DNA from: a virus
IMG/VR virus record: IMGVR_UViG_3300045988_044618
Location: 1-39,864 of that record
Length of the DNA: 39,864 nt
Strand: one strand, 5' to 3'
Shown here: piece by piece, positions 32,276-39,404 of the stretch
Position numbering within the stretch: the stretch's first letter is position 1
Layout of the letters: the number at the start of each line of letters is the position of its first letter
The notes under the pieces: model-generated
What the model saw: only the letters and a program-made list of their open reading frames with translations
The model's database searches: none
Told to the model about the DNA's origin: nothing
Translations under genes and position numbers: made by a program

Positions 32276-32900
32276 TTTCTTTCCCCTCTCTTTCTTCTAC
32301 ATACGCCATGTTCTGGCGCAGATTGAGCGATTTCGGATTGAGAATACAAGCAGGGACGACAGCGCAGCTGGCGCGCGCATTGCTGCTGCGAAACTGACCA
32401 TCCGTCCCCACATAGCGAACGTCGTATGCGTAGCCCGTGTCAAAATTCTTATCTCCGCAATACCAAGGCGTGGCAGTCCAAATCCGGCTGTCGTAACGCG
32501 GGATGTAGTCACGGTACTTGCGGTACTCGTCACAGGTCAGGATAAAAACAAAGTCCTGTACAGTGCCATAAGCTCTGTCACCGTTGTCGGCTACAAGGTC
32601 AACGGCATGCAGCAGCAGACTTTTTCTCTCGAAAACACTGTTCGCCATATCAGATAGAATCCCCCGCACATTACTGGTGCGGTAGTTATTCATATTGCCC
32701 TTTTCGTCGGCAAAAATACAACTTTGGCAGAACTTTTTATCGGTAAATATATCACTTGGGCAGAATTTTACATCTTTTGCCCACGACTTTGCCATAATAG
32801 CCAGTACGCCGCCGTCAGGGTGGTTCGGGTCAAGGCAGACCCACTCAAAGCCCTTAAACATAAAGTGTTCGCCAGGACGCAGGGCTGTGATGTTAGTCAT
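32262..32900 (-). CDS. Hypothetical protein (212 aa)
   Basis: This is a long ORF in the operon. I assign no confident family. Confidence 0.65.
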   Translation of the reverse strand: MTNITALRPGEHFMFKGFEWVCLDPNHPDGGVLAIMAKSWAKDVKFCPSDIFTDKKFCQSCIFADEKGNMNNYRTSNVRGILSDMANSVFERKSLLLHAVDLVADNGDRAYGTVQDFVFILTCDEYRKYRDYIPRYDSRIWTATPWYCGDKNFDTGYAYDVRYVGTDGQFRSSNARASCAVVPACILNPKSLNLRQNMAYVEEREGKENETD

Positions 32901-33246
32901 TGTCGGTTACCTCCTCGTTCCAGTAGTCTGTTTTGCAAGCACCACAAGAAATATTTTCGCATCTTTTCGGTGGCATGTATTCTATATTAAGATTCTGCGG
33001 ACAAATATCGAGCACACGTCCACTTTTCGGTGCATTCGGGAACATCTTCAAAAACTCGCTCTGGCGGGTCTTGACTGGGTGGTCTTTTGCCCATTGCTCG
33101 ACTTTTGAAATCGTTTCCTCGATGCTTTCAACTGAATCGTCATCTGGCCAAATCATGCACAAGTCCCCTCTACAAGCAAGGTATTTCTTACAGCCTTTAC
33201 TTTTGCAGTATCTGTTTACCGTCTTGAAAAATTCAACTGCGTCCAT
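32893..33246 (-). CDS. Cys-rich hypothetical protein (117 aa)
   Basis: It is in the operon. The start overlaps the upstream stop (TAATG). Confidence 0.65.
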   Translation of the reverse strand: MDAVEFFKTVNRYCKSKGCKKYLACRGDLCMIWPDDDSVESIEETISKVEQWAKDHPVKTRQSEFLKMFPNAPKSGRVLDICPQNLNIEYMPPKRCENISCGACKTDYWNEEVTDND

Positions 33247-33410
33247 TACAATACCTCCAATCTCAAAATTTCATCCCAAGTGATTTTGTCATACCCGCGC
33301 TGCACATACTGGCCGTAGGAGATGCCCAGCGCTACGGCTTCTCTTACGCATTGTTCAATGGATTTGATGCGGGGTTTCAGTACTGCACGTCCCACATCAT
33401 CTTGCCGCAT
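33246..33410 (-). CDS. Small hypothetical protein (54 aa)
   Basis: It fills an otherwise empty gap. It ends in a TAATG overlap with the next gene. The SD is weak. Confidence 0.45.
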   Translation of the reverse strand: MRQDDVGRAVLKPRIKSIEQCVREAVALGISYGQYVQRGYDKITWDEILRLEVL

Positions 33411-33432
33411 TTCTCGCAGAATTTAGAGACTG

Positions 33433-33762
33433 TCATAGCGGCTCCTCCGTCTTTTTGGCATCAATGCCAATGCCCTGTAGTGTTACCTGTGCCCAAAGGT
33501 CTGCAAGCTGGTCGTTGCGGTACTCATTGTATTTGTCGGCCACCGGCCCTGTCATGTAATTCTGGATTTTAACCAACGTCCGGCGGGACAAGCCAGCCTG
33601 ATAGCAGGCCAGCAGGCAGAGATACGTCGCCCGCGTGGCGATGTCGCCGCGTTCTTTCATGACGGCTTCATGGGCTTTGGCGGTGATCTCTGCAATTTTA
33701 TTGTCTGCATAGCGGTCAATTGCCGCCTGCATTTCTTTGGTCGGATGGATTCGTGCTTTCAT
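33433..33762 (-). CDS. Hypothetical protein (109 aa)
   Basis: It is an ORF in the operon with SD GAAAGAG. Confidence 0.65.
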   Translation of the reverse strand: MKARIHPTKEMQAAIDRYADNKIAEITAKAHEAVMKERGDIATRATYLCLLACYQAGLSRRTLVKIQNYMTGPVADKYNEYRNDQLADLWAQVTLQGIGIDAKKTEEPL

Positions 33763-33884
33763 AGTCCTTAACTCTTTCCTGTTTTGTATAGTCCGTATCT
33801 TCTCACATCCCGCCGGATTTTCCTGCCGCGCTCGGCATCTGCGGAATCGGCATGCTGTTCCTGCAGGCGCTTTTGGCGGATTTT

Positions 33885-33974
33885 CTAGAACATGGCGCTG
33901 TAGTCCCCGTATGCCTTGCAGCTGCTATGGCAGTGCAGCTTACGGTTTGGGCAGCTTTTGCATGGAGAGTCCAT
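33885..33974 (-). CDS. Small Cys-rich ORF (29 aa) ending at an in-frame TAG; the frame stays open for 38 more codons to 33768
   Basis: Sequence: MDSPCKSCPNRKLHCHSSCKAYGDYSAMF-TAG-KIRQKRLQEQHADSADAERGRKIRRDVRRYGLYKTGKS. Confidence 0.4.
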   Translation of the reverse strand: MDSPCKSCPNRKLHCHSSCKAYGDYSAMF

Positions 33975-33979
33975 ATTAT

Positions 33980-34363
33980 TCACGGCTCCAATTCTTCAAT
34001 GGTAATTTCGGTGCGTGGGTTGTCTTTGTCGTACAGCACGCGGCTGCCGTCCACGTTGTCGATGATGGTATAGTTATCATCCGCCAAAATCCTTGCCTTG
34101 ACCAGAACATCGTGCGGCGCCTCTATCAGGTTGGACAGGTCGCACTTTCTACGGGTGGGCATATAGAACACCGTCACAACACGGCAGGGGCGGTTTATAG
34201 GGGCGTTTGGCTTTGGGGTGAGATACCATAGGGCGGCGGCCTCGTACTTCTTGTAGGCTTTGCTAGGGGCGATGAACGGGCGGCCTGTGCGGCGGTTTAC
34301 TAAAATCTGCTGGCTGTTTTTTTTGGTGATTGGCGGCAGGGGGATGATGTAGTGGTAGGTCAT
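33980..34363 (-). CDS. rusA: RusA-family Holliday junction resolvase (127 aa)
   Basis: The motif is PPITKKNSQQILVNRRTGRPFIAPSKAYKKYE ... RKCDLSNLIEAPHDVLVKARILADDN. Confidence 0.8.
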   Translation of the reverse strand: MTYHYIIPLPPITKKNSQQILVNRRTGRPFIAPSKAYKKYEAAALWYLTPKPNAPINRPCRVVTVFYMPTRRKCDLSNLIEAPHDVLVKARILADDNYTIIDNVDGSRVLYDKDNPRTEITIEELEP

Positions 34364-34986
34364 AAGTCACCCCATTGTTCCGCCATTGCTGCCGCAATTC
34401 CGGGGAAAGTCTTGCTGCGCTCTTTCGCATGGCCTCTTCCGAGCCACCAAATTCTCGCCCGTTCCTTTTCCGGCAGTGTCATCATAAAATCATGTACATT
34501 GTCTGTTTCTGTAAGAAGAGGCAGGTTTTTAAGCCACAGACATGTTCTCTTTTGTTCAGGATGCCCGAACTGCCACGGATTTATAACCTGGTCTGCGCGT
34601 CTGTACAAGGTGCTCATTACGCTGACGGGGTTTTCAATCGCAATGTGCTCTATGTCTGCTTCCGCAAATTTCATAAAAAAAGCCGCCGCCTCATACTTCA
34701 GGCTCAAAGGCTTTCGTCCATCTTTGAACCATCTTGCTCCTGATACGGACAAATGCGTGCACGGCGGGTGAGCAATAAGCAAATCCCACTTGCCTATATC
34801 ATGAGCCTTGCCGTCCATCGTTACGATTTGCCCCCCACCAATTGCTTTCAGGGCATCGCCTAAAATATGCCATTCCGGGTGTCCACCTGACGGTTCCTGA
34901 ATGTCGCAGCTGTACGCTTCATGTCCGCGTCCTCGGAACGCCTTGCATACTGTCTGCGATTCTTCACAGGCAACTAATACTTTCAC
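34360..34986 (-). CDS. Phage-type DNA cytosine-C5 methyltransferase-like protein (208 aa from GTG 34986)
   Basis: AAAGGAG, 8 nt, then GTG 34986. It has a PPC motif (LIAHPPCTHLSVSG) and an ENP/ENV-like motif (IAIENPVS). Confidence 0.6.
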   Translation of the reverse strand: MKVLVACEESQTVCKAFRGRGHEAYSCDIQEPSGGHPEWHILGDALKAIGGGQIVTMDGKAHDIGKWDLLIAHPPCTHLSVSGARWFKDGRKPLSLKYEAAAFFMKFAEADIEHIAIENPVSVMSTLYRRADQVINPWQFGHPEQKRTCLWLKNLPLLTETDNVHDFMMTLPEKERARIWWLGRGHAKERSKTFPGIAAAMAEQWGDL

Positions 34987-35168
34987 GGTACAATCTCCTT
35001 TACTTTCGCATAATACTTCTCGCTGTACCAGATGTCCGGCAGGCTGGGATTTTGCGTGTAACCTGCTGTGCGCAGGGCGGCTTCGGCGTTCCAACGTGTG
35101 GAATACAGGCGCTTGGAGTGTGTGATGTCGCCGGTAGAGCGGGAATAAGTGATGATTTCATACTTCAT
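34983..35168 (-). CDS. Small hypothetical protein (61 aa from ATG 35168)
   Basis: The ATG overlaps the end of the 52-aa ORF, and the stop overlaps the next start (GTGA). The longer track start has no support. Confidence 0.5.
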   Translation of the reverse strand: MKYEIITYSRSTGDITHSKRLYSTRWNAEAALRTAGYTQNPSLPDIWYSEKYYAKVKEIVP

Positions 35169-35316
35169 CGGTGTGCAGGGCCTCTTGCAGGTGCTTTTGC
35201 GCACTGTCCATAATATCTGCGGCCTTTTCAAGTTTCTCTTTAGCGACGCTGCGCAGGTTGGTTGCATAGGCAAGCTCGGCAAACGCGAGCTTGAACAGAA
35301 AATCTTTATCAGTCAT
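35158..35316 (-). CDS. Small coiled-coil protein (52 aa)
   Basis: ATG 35316 overlaps the helicase stop. Sequence: MTDKDFLFKLAFAELAYATNLRSVAKEKLEKAADIMDSAQKHLQEALHTDEV. It is below the ORF-track cutoff. Confidence 0.5.
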   Translation of the reverse strand: MTDKDFLFKLAFAELAYATNLRSVAKEKLEKAADIMDSAQKHLQEALHTDEV

Positions 35317-36487
35317 AGTCCGTCATCTCCATAAAACGTTGATAGGTTCCGTCAAAGGCGATGTGCAAATCGCCTGTAATGCCGCGCTTGTTCTTGGCAA
35401 GGGAGAAATAGTATTCGGTTTCGCCTTTGCCCAAAAGGATGATTGCATCTGCGTCCTGTTCTATCTGGCCGGATTCTTTGAGGTCCTGTACCTTCGGTGC
35501 GTCCACGCCGCCGCGGTTTATCTGGGCAAGCGCCACCACAAGGCGGCCTGTTGTCTGGGCGAGGGTGTGCAGCTGCATTGAAATGTTTGTGACCACCTCA
35601 TACCGGCTGTTGCCCCTGCCGGGAATCAATTGTAGATAATCCACGATGATGACATCCGCCTGCTTGGCGGCTGCGGTAGCCGATACCCATGCGACATTTT
35701 GACCGCCTGCATTGATGAGCCATAGCGGCAGGCTGCTGATAGTTGCGCACGCCTTGGCGTATTCTTCATCCTGCGGGGCGCGGCGCTTAAAGACGATCTC
35801 CTCCATCGGGATAAGGGCAAAGCAGGAAATGAGCTTATCAAACAAGCCGACCTGGTCTGTCTCATAGGAGAAAAAGCAGACCTTTTTGCCGTCCTTGGCA
35901 AATTGCAATGCCATCTGCAAGCCGAGCGCGGTCTTACCTGCACTGGGCCTGCCGCCTACAACGACCATCTGCCCGGGGCGGATAGAGCAGCGCCTATCCA
36001 GCGCGCTGAGGCCCGTTTTGATGCTGCGGTCTGTCTTGTCGTTCTGCTCCATGAGCCACTTGCCTGCGACCTCTGCAACGGTCATGCAGCGGCTATCGAC
36101 GCTGTCCTCTGTGAGAACGTCAGAGAGGGACGCAGACAGGCCGCGCATGTCATCGACGCTCTTTCCGGCTTCTGCAATTTGAAGGCCAATTCGGGCGGCT
36201 CTGCGGCGCTGAGAGGCATCCTTGACAGCGGCAACGAATTTGCGGTAACCGCTGATAGAGGGAAGTGATGCAGCGCATACTGCGGCGGTCTCGCGGTTCT
36301 TCATGAGCACATAGTCATCCTGTGCAAAGTACCCGCGCGTCGTGTACATTGATTTGATCTCGGCAAATGTGGCGGCGCAGGCACCGTCCGCAAAATCGCT
36401 TTCGCTTATGTGGTCGATGCAGTAGAGGATGCTGTCCGGCGCGTAGACCATTGCGCCGATAACGCATTGTTCCGGTGTGAGGCTCAA
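35309..36487 (-). CDS. DnaB-like replicative DNA helicase (392 aa, TTG start)
   Basis: It has a Walker A motif VVVGGRPSAGKTALGLQMAL and a DnaB-type N-domain. The start overlaps the upstream stop. Confidence 0.85.
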   Translation of the reverse strand: MSLTPEQCVIGAMVYAPDSILYCIDHISESDFADGACAATFAEIKSMYTTRGYFAQDDYVLMKNRETAAVCAASLPSISGYRKFVAAVKDASQRRRAARIGLQIAEAGKSVDDMRGLSASLSDVLTEDSVDSRCMTVAEVAGKWLMEQNDKTDRSIKTGLSALDRRCSIRPGQMVVVGGRPSAGKTALGLQMALQFAKDGKKVCFFSYETDQVGLFDKLISCFALIPMEEIVFKRRAPQDEEYAKACATISSLPLWLINAGGQNVAWVSATAAAKQADVIIVDYLQLIPGRGNSRYEVVTNISMQLHTLAQTTGRLVVALAQINRGGVDAPKVQDLKESGQIEQDADAIILLGKGETEYYFSLAKNKRGITGDLHIAFDGTYQRFMEMTDYD

Positions 36488-37140
36488 TCAATCCACTTCC
36501 TTTCCGGCGGGGCCGTCTGCTGGCGGCTGCGCTCCCATGTGCGCACTACGGCTTTCCAGTCTTTCATTTGGTTCTTGCCTATCTTCCAGCCCTTGCTTAT
36601 GTAGAAGTCGCAAAACTCATTGCCATCAATGCCGTTGTTTCGTTCCCGGCAATAGGCGTTGACTTCTTCAGGCGTAGGGGGAACAAACCGCTTTGAAACG
36701 GACACACCCCCGTCCCCCTGTGGGGGATTATAGGGGGTATTCTTAACTTCTTTATTCTTCTTTATATAAGGGTCTGTGCCCTCACTGTGCCCTCTCTGTG
36801 CCCTCTGTTTGCCATCGTCCGTGCCCGTGCATTGATAGTCGTTGTAGTTATTTACCGTGAATACGCTAAATTTTACACACGGCAACTGTGCCACTTCCTG
36901 TGTCTCTTTTAGGTGGTTTATTGCAGTGCGAACTTGTTTGACTGTTAATCCGGTGTCGGTTGCAATTTGACGGATAGAGGAAACTGCCTGACCGGGTTCT
37001 AATTGGACGCCTTTGTAGTAGCACGGCTCATAGCAAGCCAGAAACAGCAAGTGCAGAAACACGCATTTTGTGGGGGTATCGGTATACCAGCCCCACTTCA
37101 TCATGCGGCGGTACAGCTTTATGTAACCCTCGTTTTCCAT
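36484..37140 (-). CDS. Phage replisome organizer / DnaD-domain replication protein (218 aa)
   Basis: The N-terminus is YIKLYRRMMKWGWYTDTPTKCVFLHLLFLA and the C-terminus is FCDFYISKGWKIGKNQMKDWKAVVRTWE. Confidence 0.75.
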   Translation of the reverse strand: MENEGYIKLYRRMMKWGWYTDTPTKCVFLHLLFLACYEPCYYKGVQLEPGQAVSSIRQIATDTGLTVKQVRTAINHLKETQEVAQLPCVKFSVFTVNNYNDYQCTGTDDGKQRAQRGHSEGTDPYIKKNKEVKNTPYNPPQGDGGVSVSKRFVPPTPEEVNAYCRERNNGIDGNEFCDFYISKGWKIGKNQMKDWKAVVRTWERSRQQTAPPERKWID

Positions 37141-37143
37141 TTT

Positions 37144-37383
37144 TCAACACTCCATGTAATACTCAGCGACGCGGCAAAGTCTGCCGTAGCGGTTGCGGCG
37201 CTGTACCATGCGGGAGGCTACCGGGTAGCCTCTCCGTTTGAGGTCGGTTATGCGGGAGGCAAGGCGGGAACAGCCGTAGTCCTCGAGCGCATCCAGAGCG
37301 GTAAGGGAATCGCCGTTTTCAAGCGCGGCGAGAATCTGGTCAAGCTGGCTCGGCTGCTTTCTTTCGTTCTTTCTTTCTTTCAT
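37144..37383 (-). CDS. Winged-helix DNA-binding protein (79 aa from ATG 37383)
   Basis: TAGGAGGTG, 6 nt, then ATG 37383. The sequence is LDQILAALENGDSLTALDALEDYGCSRLASRITDLKRRGY. Confidence 0.65.
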   Translation of the reverse strand: MKERKNERKQPSQLDQILAALENGDSLTALDALEDYGCSRLASRITDLKRRGYPVASRMVQRRNRYGRLCRVAEYYMEC

Positions 37384-37395
37384 GACGCGCACCTC

Positions 37396-37860
37396 CTAGA
37401 ACGGAAAATCCCCCTCATCCTCAATGAGGGCATAGTCGTCAGACTGGCCGGAAGAATAGGAAACGTCGGGCATGCCCTGCGTGCGCTGTGAGGGGGCTGC
37501 GGGGCGCTGTGCGGCGTTCTGCGGGGCAGGGCTGGCACTTTCCTTACTGCCACAGAAATTCACGTTCTGGGCCACGATTTCGGTCGCTGTGCGGTTCTGG
37601 CCGTTCTTGTCCTGATACTGGCGGGTCTGTAAGCGGCCATCAATGGCGATCAGCGCACCTTTGGGGAAGTATTTGCAGACAAACTCTGCGGTTTTGCCCC
37701 AGGCAGTAACGTCCAGCCAGTTGGTCTGGTTCTGGCCGCTGGCATCCTTATAGCCGGAATCGTTGGCGATGCGGAAAGAACAGACGGATTTGCCGCTGTT
37801 TGTGGTTTTAAGTTCCGGCGATGCAGCGAGTCTTCCGATAATAGCAACAACATTCAGCAT
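37396..37860 (-). CDS. ssb: Single-stranded DNA-binding protein (154 aa)
   Basis: It has an OB-fold N-terminus MLNVVAIIGRLAASPELKTT, a Gln/Pro/Ala-rich linker and an acidic tip DEGDFPF. Confidence 0.9.
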   Translation of the reverse strand: MLNVVAIIGRLAASPELKTTNSGKSVCSFRIANDSGYKDASGQNQTNWLDVTAWGKTAEFVCKYFPKGALIAIDGRLQTRQYQDKNGQNRTATEIVAQNVNFCGSKESASPAPQNAAQRPAAPSQRTQGMPDVSYSSGQSDDYALIEDEGDFPF

Positions 37861-37872
37861 AGATTGTTCCTC

Positions 37873-38667
37873 TCAAATCATTTCAAATTCGGTAATGCGC
37901 TTGCGGCTTATGCACCAAGCGCAATGGCCGCAGGCGGTGGGCTCTTCCTGCCCGGCAAGAATCTGGGCCATCCGCTGCATGGTATAGGCGGTATCCGCGG
38001 CAGCGGCCTGCATGATCTCATCGCCAAAGGCAATGGCCTGCACATCGCAGTCGGCTTTGCTGGCGGCAATCAGCCCCACGCGGGGCACGGTCAGACCGTT
38101 CTGGCGGGCAATCTCGCGGTAGATGTACAGCTGGATGGGGTAGTTCCAGTACGCCCACCAGTCCAGATATTCCTCGCGGGCGGTATCGTAAATGGGCAAA
38201 AAGCTGCGCATGGCTTTCAGGTCATAAATGCTACCGTCACGGTCAACAAGGTCCATCATGCACCGCACCGGCATCCCGTTCAGCTCGCCGGTCAAAATCA
38301 CCTGCTTTTTGCTGCGCCGCACGATGCCCCACAAATAGGGTATGCGCCGCACGGCATGGGCCATGGTGGGGGCGGCGGCATACTCTGCACGCAGCTGGCC
38401 TTTGGTGGGGCCGCGGCTGCTGCACAGTTCCGGGTGGGCGGCCAGATATTGGTGGTACTGGGGGCCGGGCAGGGTCAGGGCCGCTTCAAACAGGTGGCCG
38501 AAGGCAAAGGCCGGCTTGTTTTCCTCGTGTTGAATCTTGCCGCAGTAGTCTGCCAGCCAGGCGGCTTCGCACCGCTTGGCAGCTTTGACGTCACTGCTGG
38601 AAAGCCACCGCCTGTGCGCGGCCCGGCTATGGTAGTTCTCTTCAGTCAGTATGAACTTCCGGGGCAT
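37873..38667 (-). CDS. PD-(D/E)XK (RecB/Cas4-like) exonuclease with Cys cluster (264 aa)
   Basis: Motifs are MDLVDRDGSIYDLKA (D...D-x-K), PIQLYIY (Q-h-x-x-Y), a C-terminal CGHCAWC and an N-terminal Cys. Confidence 0.75.
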   Translation of the reverse strand: MPRKFILTEENYHSRAAHRRWLSSSDVKAAKRCEAAWLADYCGKIQHEENKPAFAFGHLFEAALTLPGPQYHQYLAAHPELCSSRGPTKGQLRAEYAAAPTMAHAVRRIPYLWGIVRRSKKQVILTGELNGMPVRCMMDLVDRDGSIYDLKAMRSFLPIYDTAREEYLDWWAYWNYPIQLYIYREIARQNGLTVPRVGLIAASKADCDVQAIAFGDEIMQAAAADTAYTMQRMAQILAGQEEPTACGHCAWCISRKRITEFEMI

Positions 38668-39196
38668 GGTCCGCCGCCTCCTTCCGCTTTGTCACACAAG
38701 GCCAGCAAAGCACCTGCCCGTACTTTTTGCGGGCGGCTTCGGCCACCTTGGCGGCGGTCCATTCCTGCCCGTTGATGCTGCACCCCTGCACAGGCTGTCC
38801 ACAGTCGGCGCAAACCAGCGGGGCAGGGGCCGCAGCGGGCTGAACCTTTTTCTGCCGGATGCGGATGCCGCCCACACGCTCTTTGCCAAACTTTACGGTG
38901 GGGTCAAAGTAGAGCTGCACCGCCATGCCTACCCATTCATCCATAAAGGAGGAACCGGCCAGTTTTTCCAGCATTTTGGCGTTGGTTTTGTTGCAGATCA
39001 TGGGCTTGGCGTTTTCTTTCCAGTGCACCACCAGGCACATTTCCTGGCTGCCTTTTTCGCCGGTCACCAGCTCCTGGTCCACGGCGGCAATGGTCAAAAT
39101 CACATCCTTGCCGTCCGGCAGGCACCAGTTGCCGAACCAGTCCGGGTTGAATGCACGTTTCCAGTGCAGGTGCTGGGTTGTAATGTTGTTATCCAT
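38642..39196 (-). CDS. Hypothetical protein with C-terminal zinc-ribbon-like CxxC...CxxC (184 aa from ATG 39196)
   Basis: GGGAGA, 6 nt, then ATG 39196. The sequence is ICNKTNAKMLEKLAGSSFMDEWVGMAVQLYFDPTVKFGKERVGGIRIR, with CADCG...CWPC. Confidence 0.7.
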   Translation of the reverse strand: MDNNITTQHLHWKRAFNPDWFGNWCLPDGKDVILTIAAVDQELVTGEKGSQEMCLVVHWKENAKPMICNKTNAKMLEKLAGSSFMDEWVGMAVQLYFDPTVKFGKERVGGIRIRQKKVQPAAAPAPLVCADCGQPVQGCSINGQEWTAAKVAEAARKKYGQVLCWPCVTKRKEAADHAPEVHTD

Positions 39197-39197
39197 C

Positions 39198-39404
39198 TCA
39201 AATCTCCCGTATGGCCGTATGGGCGGCAATGCCCAGCGTGGTCAGTATTGTGTCAACGTCTAAATCGTCGTAAAGGTAGGTCTCGCCGTTCAGGGTCACA
39301 ATCTCGTCGCCCTCGTAATAGGGCGTGCCGTCAGCTGTGCAGCCAACGGGCAGCTCATCTTCCGGCGGAAATGGGTTATCTTGATGCCCCAAAAAGCTGG
39401 TCAT
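39198..39404 (-). CDS. Hypothetical acidic protein (68 aa)
   Basis: The SD is TGAGGTG. The ATG overlaps the stop of the hexapeptide-repeat gene (ATGA). Confidence 0.65.
   Translation of the reverse strand: MTSFLGHQDNPFPPEDELPVGCTADGTPYYEGDEIVTLNGETYLYDDLDVDTILTTLGIAAHTAIREI

Noticed and set aside
33885-33887. Genome-wide TAG stop-codon reassignment
   Set aside because: TAG ends other well-supported genes (Dit at 15993-15995, 45-aa ORF at 4954-4956). The only tRNA found has anticodon CCA, not CUA.
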